A DNA stretch of 64,000 nt from Candidatus Peregrinibacteria bacterium. GTDB taxonomy: Bacteria; Patescibacteriota; Gracilibacteria; UBA1369. How positions within the stretch are numbered: the first letter of the stretch is position 1; each line of letters begins with the position of its first letter. Position numbers and translations under genes: made by a program. Below, piece after piece: positions 60,001 to 64,000 of the stretch. The DNA is taken from assembly GCA_963708185.1 (NCBI GenBank), contig OY970195.1:384001-448000 (forward strand). The letters are read 5' to 3'. Below the pieces are notes generated by a model. That model ran no database searches, had not been told where the DNA came from, and worked only from the letters and a program-made list of their open reading frames with translations.

Positions 60001-61252
60001 ATTCCTCAACATTCAGGATCTGCTCGGACTCGCTTTTGAAGCCCTCAAGAAAAACCGTATCAGAACGGTGCTTTCAGTCGTCGGCATCGTCATCGGTATT
60101 TCAACGCTTGTTTTGGTTCTCGGTATTTCCAACGCGGCGGAAGGTTTTATCCGCGATCAACTGGCTTCGTTCGGAACCGACACAATTTTTGTTGAAATTC
60201 AGGTTCCGAATGCGGGAACTGGGGCTTCGGCTTCGGCCATAGCCAGCGGAGTCCAGGTGAAGTCCTTGAAGATGAACGACGTTATTGCCGCCAGGAAGCT
60301 CCCTAACGTTAAAGATTCCTACGGCGTCGCGATCGGTCAGGACAAGATTTCTTATCGCAGTAATTCCAAAACAACTCTTATTTACGGAACCAACGCCGAC
60401 TATATCAACATCGACAGCAGTAAGATCGACACGGGACGTTTTATCACCCAGGCCGATGAAGACAGCCTTGCCCGTGTTGCCGTTATCGGCAGTAATGTCA
60501 AAGACGACCTGTTTGGAACGGAAGAACCTCTTGGGAAAATGATCAGGATCAACGGGACCAACTTTAAAGTCGTCGGAGTGATGCAAAAACGAGGTGCGGC
60601 TTTTTTCCAGAACAACGACGATTACGTTTATCTTCCTTTGAAAACCCAGCAGAAACTTTTACTTGGTTACGATTACCTTCCTTATTTCGTTATCCAGGTC
60701 AAAGATCCTGCGTATATGGCCCTGACCGTGGATGATGTGACGCGCTTTTTGAGGCAGAGGCACCACATCCAGAGCAGCGACCCTAAAAAGGATGATTTCA
60801 GGATCGAAGATTCTCAGTCTTCGCTCGATACTATTAACGTGGTGTTTGACGCCGTGTCCTTGCTTTTTGGAGCGATCGCCTCTATTTCTTTGGTGGTCGG
60901 AGGCGTGGGCATCATGAACATCATGTACGTCAGCGTGACGGAACGTATTCGTGAAATCGGTTTGCGCAAAGCGGTGGGGGCAAGAAGACGCGACATTCTT
61001 TTGCAGTTCCTGCTTGAAGCTTTGGCCATTACTTTACTTGGAGGCATTTTAGGTATTTTGAGCGGTTTGTTTTTGACGGCGGTGGTCAGTTTTGGCGCCA
61101 AACTGGCGGGCATCCATTTGGACATGAGCCTCTCGCCCGGCGGTTTCATCATCGGATTGATCGTGACGGTGGCCTTCGGCGTGGTTTTCGGATTCGGACC
61201 GGCTAGAAAAGCCGCGGGATTGCAGCCGATCGAAGCTCTGCGTTCCGATTAG
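59993..61252 (+). CDS. ABC transporter permease (MacB/FtsX-like), second copy
   Basis: [47 protein letters not shown]. Confidence 0.96.
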   Translation: MNKFLNIQDLLGLAFEALKKNRIRTVLSVVGIVIGISTLVLVLGISNAAEGFIRDQLASFGTDTIFVEIQVPNAGTGASASAIASGVQVKSLKMNDVIAARKLPNVKDSYGVAIGQDKISYRSNSKTTLIYGTNADYINIDSSKIDTGRFITQADEDSLARVAVIGSNVKDDLFGTEEPLGKMIRINGTNFKVVGVMQKRGAAFFQNNDDYVYLPLKTQQKLLLGYDYLPYFVIQVKDPAYMALTVDDVTRFLRQRHHIQSSDPKKDDFRIEDSQSSLDTINVVFDAVSLLFGAIASISLVVGGVGIMNIMYVSVTERIREIGLRKAVGARRRDILLQFLLEALAITLLGGILGILSGLFLTAVVSFGAKLAGIHLDMSLSPGGFIIGLIVTVAFGVVFGFGPARKAAGLQPIEALRSD

Positions 61253-61993
61253 TTCTTTCTGAAAAGCGAAACCAGGAACAGGACCGGAAATTTGACCGTC
61301 GCGTTATAGATCCTTTTGATGCGACTGGGCTGTTTGATCAGCCTGAAAAGCCATTCGAGGCCGACCTTTCGCATCCACCCCGGCGCTCTTTTGACATTTC
61401 CGGAAATGAAATCGAAGGCTCCTCCCACACCCATGGCGATTTTGACGTGATGCAGATGCCTGAGGTTTCTGGCGATCCACGCTTCCTGTTTCGGAAGCTC
61501 CGTAGGCGACGAAAAGAACCTGGGCTTCGCTCTTGTTGATGAGGCTCCGGATATGTTCTTCTTCTTCCGGGGCGGGGGATCCGCCGTACGAGCCGGTGAC
61601 GGTGAGATATGGATACTGTCTTTCAAGTTCTCGGGCCGTTTTTTCAGCGATACCGGGTGAAGCTCCCAACAGGAAAATTTTTGTTTTTTCAGGGGCAAAC
61701 CTGCAGATTGACTGCATGAGGTCCGTTCCGGTGATGCGTCCTCCCAACGGCTTTCCGGTGAGATACGAAGCCAGAACAATACCGAAACCGTCGGGTATGT
61801 TGAGGTCGGTTTCGTTCAAGAGTTTTTTGAACGTATGGTTTTTTCTGGCCTCAAGGAGCATTTCGGGGTTCGGCGTGGCGATGAAAAAATGTTTTTCATT
61901 TGATACGAGTTTCTCCAGGACCAAGGCAAGGACCTGACTTTCCTGCAAGCTCGTGAAGGGAACTCCCATAATGTTTATGTGCTGATGTTTCAT
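61249..61993 (-). CDS. WecB/TagA/CpsF glycosyltransferase, 1-nt frameshift at ~61496
   Basis: ATPNPE, PDGFGI, RITGTDL, FLLGA, LFVAYGA|PKQEAWI...MGVGGAFDF..RAP.WM...GLEWLFRL. Confidence 0.93.
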
Positions 61994-62700
61994 GGACGGG
62001 CAATAACGATGTAGTCGTAGGCTTTGGTCGTCGGGTCGGTCTTGGAAATTTCAATGATATTCCATTTGCTTCCGATGAAAAGTTTGTGAAGTTCTTTCAG
62101 TGTAAAGGCGTGATAATACCTTGGTTTTTTCGTCTTTCCCCATGGAATGAACGTGTCGTTTGGAGCGTACTTCCCGAAACTCACTATACTCCTGCCCAAA
62201 GCTTTCATCAGCTGCCAGAAATATTTTTTTTGCCAGAGATCCCACACCGTCAGTATCAAAATACCCTGAGGTTTGAGTACCCGTTTGATTTCCTTGAGCG
62301 ATTTTTGACGCAAGTTCCTGGTTGGGAGATGATGGAACGCCCTGATGCAGAAAATGATATCTGCGCTTTTGTCTTTGAGGGGGATTTTGGTCATGTCGCC
62401 TCTTTGGAAGGTTTTGCCGGGATATTTTTTCCTGGCTTCTGAAAGGAGATTGGAGCTCGTATCCAGACCGACATAGTGAAAGGTTTTTTGATGCCAGTTT
62501 GACGCTTCCTTTTCAATGAACTGAAGAAGCCTGCCGTTTCCGCAGCCGAGATCGATGATTGTCTGTCCGGGCCGGAGGTAGTCCTTGTATGCTTCGAACT
62601 CTTTTCCCGCGAAGGCCCTGCTCTCGGAAAATTCCTTGCTGATTTCGTCGTAGGTCGCGGTGACTCCGTTCATGATTTTTTTTGCTGATTTTTCGTCCAT
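61990..62700 (-). CDS. Class I SAM methyltransferase, Trm9/ALKBH8-like (tRNA cm5U methyltransferase candidate)
   Basis: V..TYDEISKEFSESR, DLGCGNGR, AFHHLPT...R.KSL.EI.RVLKP.G.L.LTVW, DTFIPW, RYYHAFT..EL. Confidence 0.8.
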   Translation of the reverse strand: MDEKSAKKIMNGVTATYDEISKEFSESRAFAGKEFEAYKDYLRPGQTIIDLGCGNGRLLQFIEKEASNWHQKTFHYVGLDTSSNLLSEARKKYPGKTFQRGDMTKIPLKDKSADIIFCIRAFHHLPTRNLRQKSLKEIKRVLKPQGILILTVWDLWQKKYFWQLMKALGRSIVSFGKYAPNDTFIPWGKTKKPRYYHAFTLKELHKLFIGSKWNIIEISKTDPTTKAYDYIVIARP

Positions 62701-62788
62701 AAGAAGGTATTTTCAAGGCTTTCCTCCTTGTAAAATATCAATATTCGTTGTAATCTGCAACTCCCGGAGGGGGTACTTTTTTCTCACT

Positions 62789-64000
62789 ATGCAGCAAGCA
62801 CTGGAAAATCTGGTAAAAGAGGCTTTCCAAGCCAAAATTCGGAATTATCATGGTCTCCATGCCCTAAAGAACCGCTTTGCTGTGGAACAGAAAACAGGAT
62901 TTCCCAGCAACGCGGAGATGATCCAGGTGTACCGTCAGCTCATTGAACGCGGAGATCTCCCCGAAGACCGTGATTTCATGAAGACCCTTCGCAAGCGTTC
63001 GGTTCGTTCACTTTCGGGCATCGCTTCCATTACCGTCATCACCAAAGCTTATCCCTGTCCCGGGAAATGTATTTTTTGTCCGACTGCGCCGAGATGCCCA
63101 AGAGCTATCTTTCCAACGAACCTGCCATCATGCGGGCCATTTTGAATAATTTTGATTCGTATAAGCAGACATTGAACCGTCTCAGCAGTTTGAGCAAAAC
63201 CGGCCACAGAACCAATAAGATCGACGTCATTGTTTCCGGAGGAACGTTTTCTTTTTATCCTCACCGTTATCAAACCGATTTCACGAGAGGCATTTTCAAC
63301 GCTCTCAACGGCAAGAAATCGAGGTCGCTCGAAGAGGCTCAGAAGATCAACGAAACGGCCGAGAACCGGTGCATCGGTTTGTCTTTTGAGACCAGACCCG
63401 ATCACATCACTGAAAATGAGCTTCGCCGCTTGCGATGGCTGGGTTGTACGAAAATTGAAATCGGCGTGCAAAGCCTCAACGATAAAGTTCTGGAGATCAA
63501 CAAAAGGGGACACGGGATCGCTGAGACCAAGCGTGCCCTGCAGCTGATCCGCGACGCGGCCTATAAGGTGAATTGCCATATGATGCCGAACCTCTACGGC
63601 AGTACCCCGGACATCGATTATGAAGACATGGTCGAGCTTTTCAGTAATCCTGCATACCGTCCGGACTGGCTCAAGATTTACCCCACGATGGTGGTGCCGT
63701 GGTCTCAACTTGAAGGTATCTGGAAAAAAGGGCTTCATGTTCCCTATACTGACGGGCAACTTGTCGATCTTCTGGTGAAGGTGAAACAGATTATTCCCGA
63801 ATATACCCGTATTACCCGCTTGTACCGCGACATTCCAGCGACGACGATCACCGCAGGTTCCAAGATTTCGAATCTCCGACAGCTCATTCAGGCGAAAATG
63901 AAGCAACTCGACGTGAAGTGCCGCTGTATCCGCTGCCGTGAAATCAAGGATGAAAAGGTAAAATTCGATGACCTCACCTTGAACGTTCAAGAGTTTGAAG
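62789..64000 (+). CDS. elp3: Elongator protein 3 (radical SAM/GNAT tRNA U34 carboxymethylase), partial, 1-nt frameshift at ~63088
   Basis: RSLSGIA, CPGKCIFCPT|EMPKSYLSNEPA, GGTF, ETRPD, EIGVQS, RGH, HMMPNL, KIYPT, RLYRDIP, SNLRQ, CRCIRCRE. Confidence 0.93.

Overview
Bacterial chromosomal window, genetic code 11 (TGA is used as a stop, e.g. htrA, dcd, ruvX). Gene content suggests a Patescibacteria/CPR genome, plausibly Peregrinibacteria-like; this is an inference from PrgI plus TraC-like genes, a long VirD4/HerA-like coupling protein, a holin-family/secG pair, eukaryote-type IleRS, an SLH protein and retained purine/riboflavin genes. The window is mostly housekeeping: lepA, glyA, htrA, purA/C/E/B, dcd, ileS, secG, rplI, ruvX, pgk, ribH/ribE, ssb, fmt, nrnA-like, udg, lepB, coaE, gatB and two tRNAs. 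It also holds a metal-homeostasis block (Fur/Zur, YcgR/YcgQ, MgtE cytosolic domain plus NRAMP-type transporter, MgtA) and a MacAB-like exporter. Main observations: (1) a head-to-head Elp3 plus Trm9/ALKBH8-like methyltransferase pair, a candidate eukaryote/archaea-type mcm5U34 tRNA modification pathway in a bacterium; (2) two stand-alone loci (3.9-4.4 kb and 50.8-52.0 kb) that share a consensus sigma70 promoter, a long and largely base-paired leader, a strong Shine-Dalgarno, a GC3-rich membrane-protein ORF and 3' hairpins, unlike the SD-poor housekeeping genes; (3) eight single-base frameshifts in otherwise intact genes, seven at or restoring GRGCYC, most likely basecalling errors at a methylated motif; (4) a class II PurE and a solute-binding-protein/PP2C sensor pair. 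No CRISPR array, rRNA, transposase or integrase was recognised. All calls were made by eye from motifs; no database search was run.
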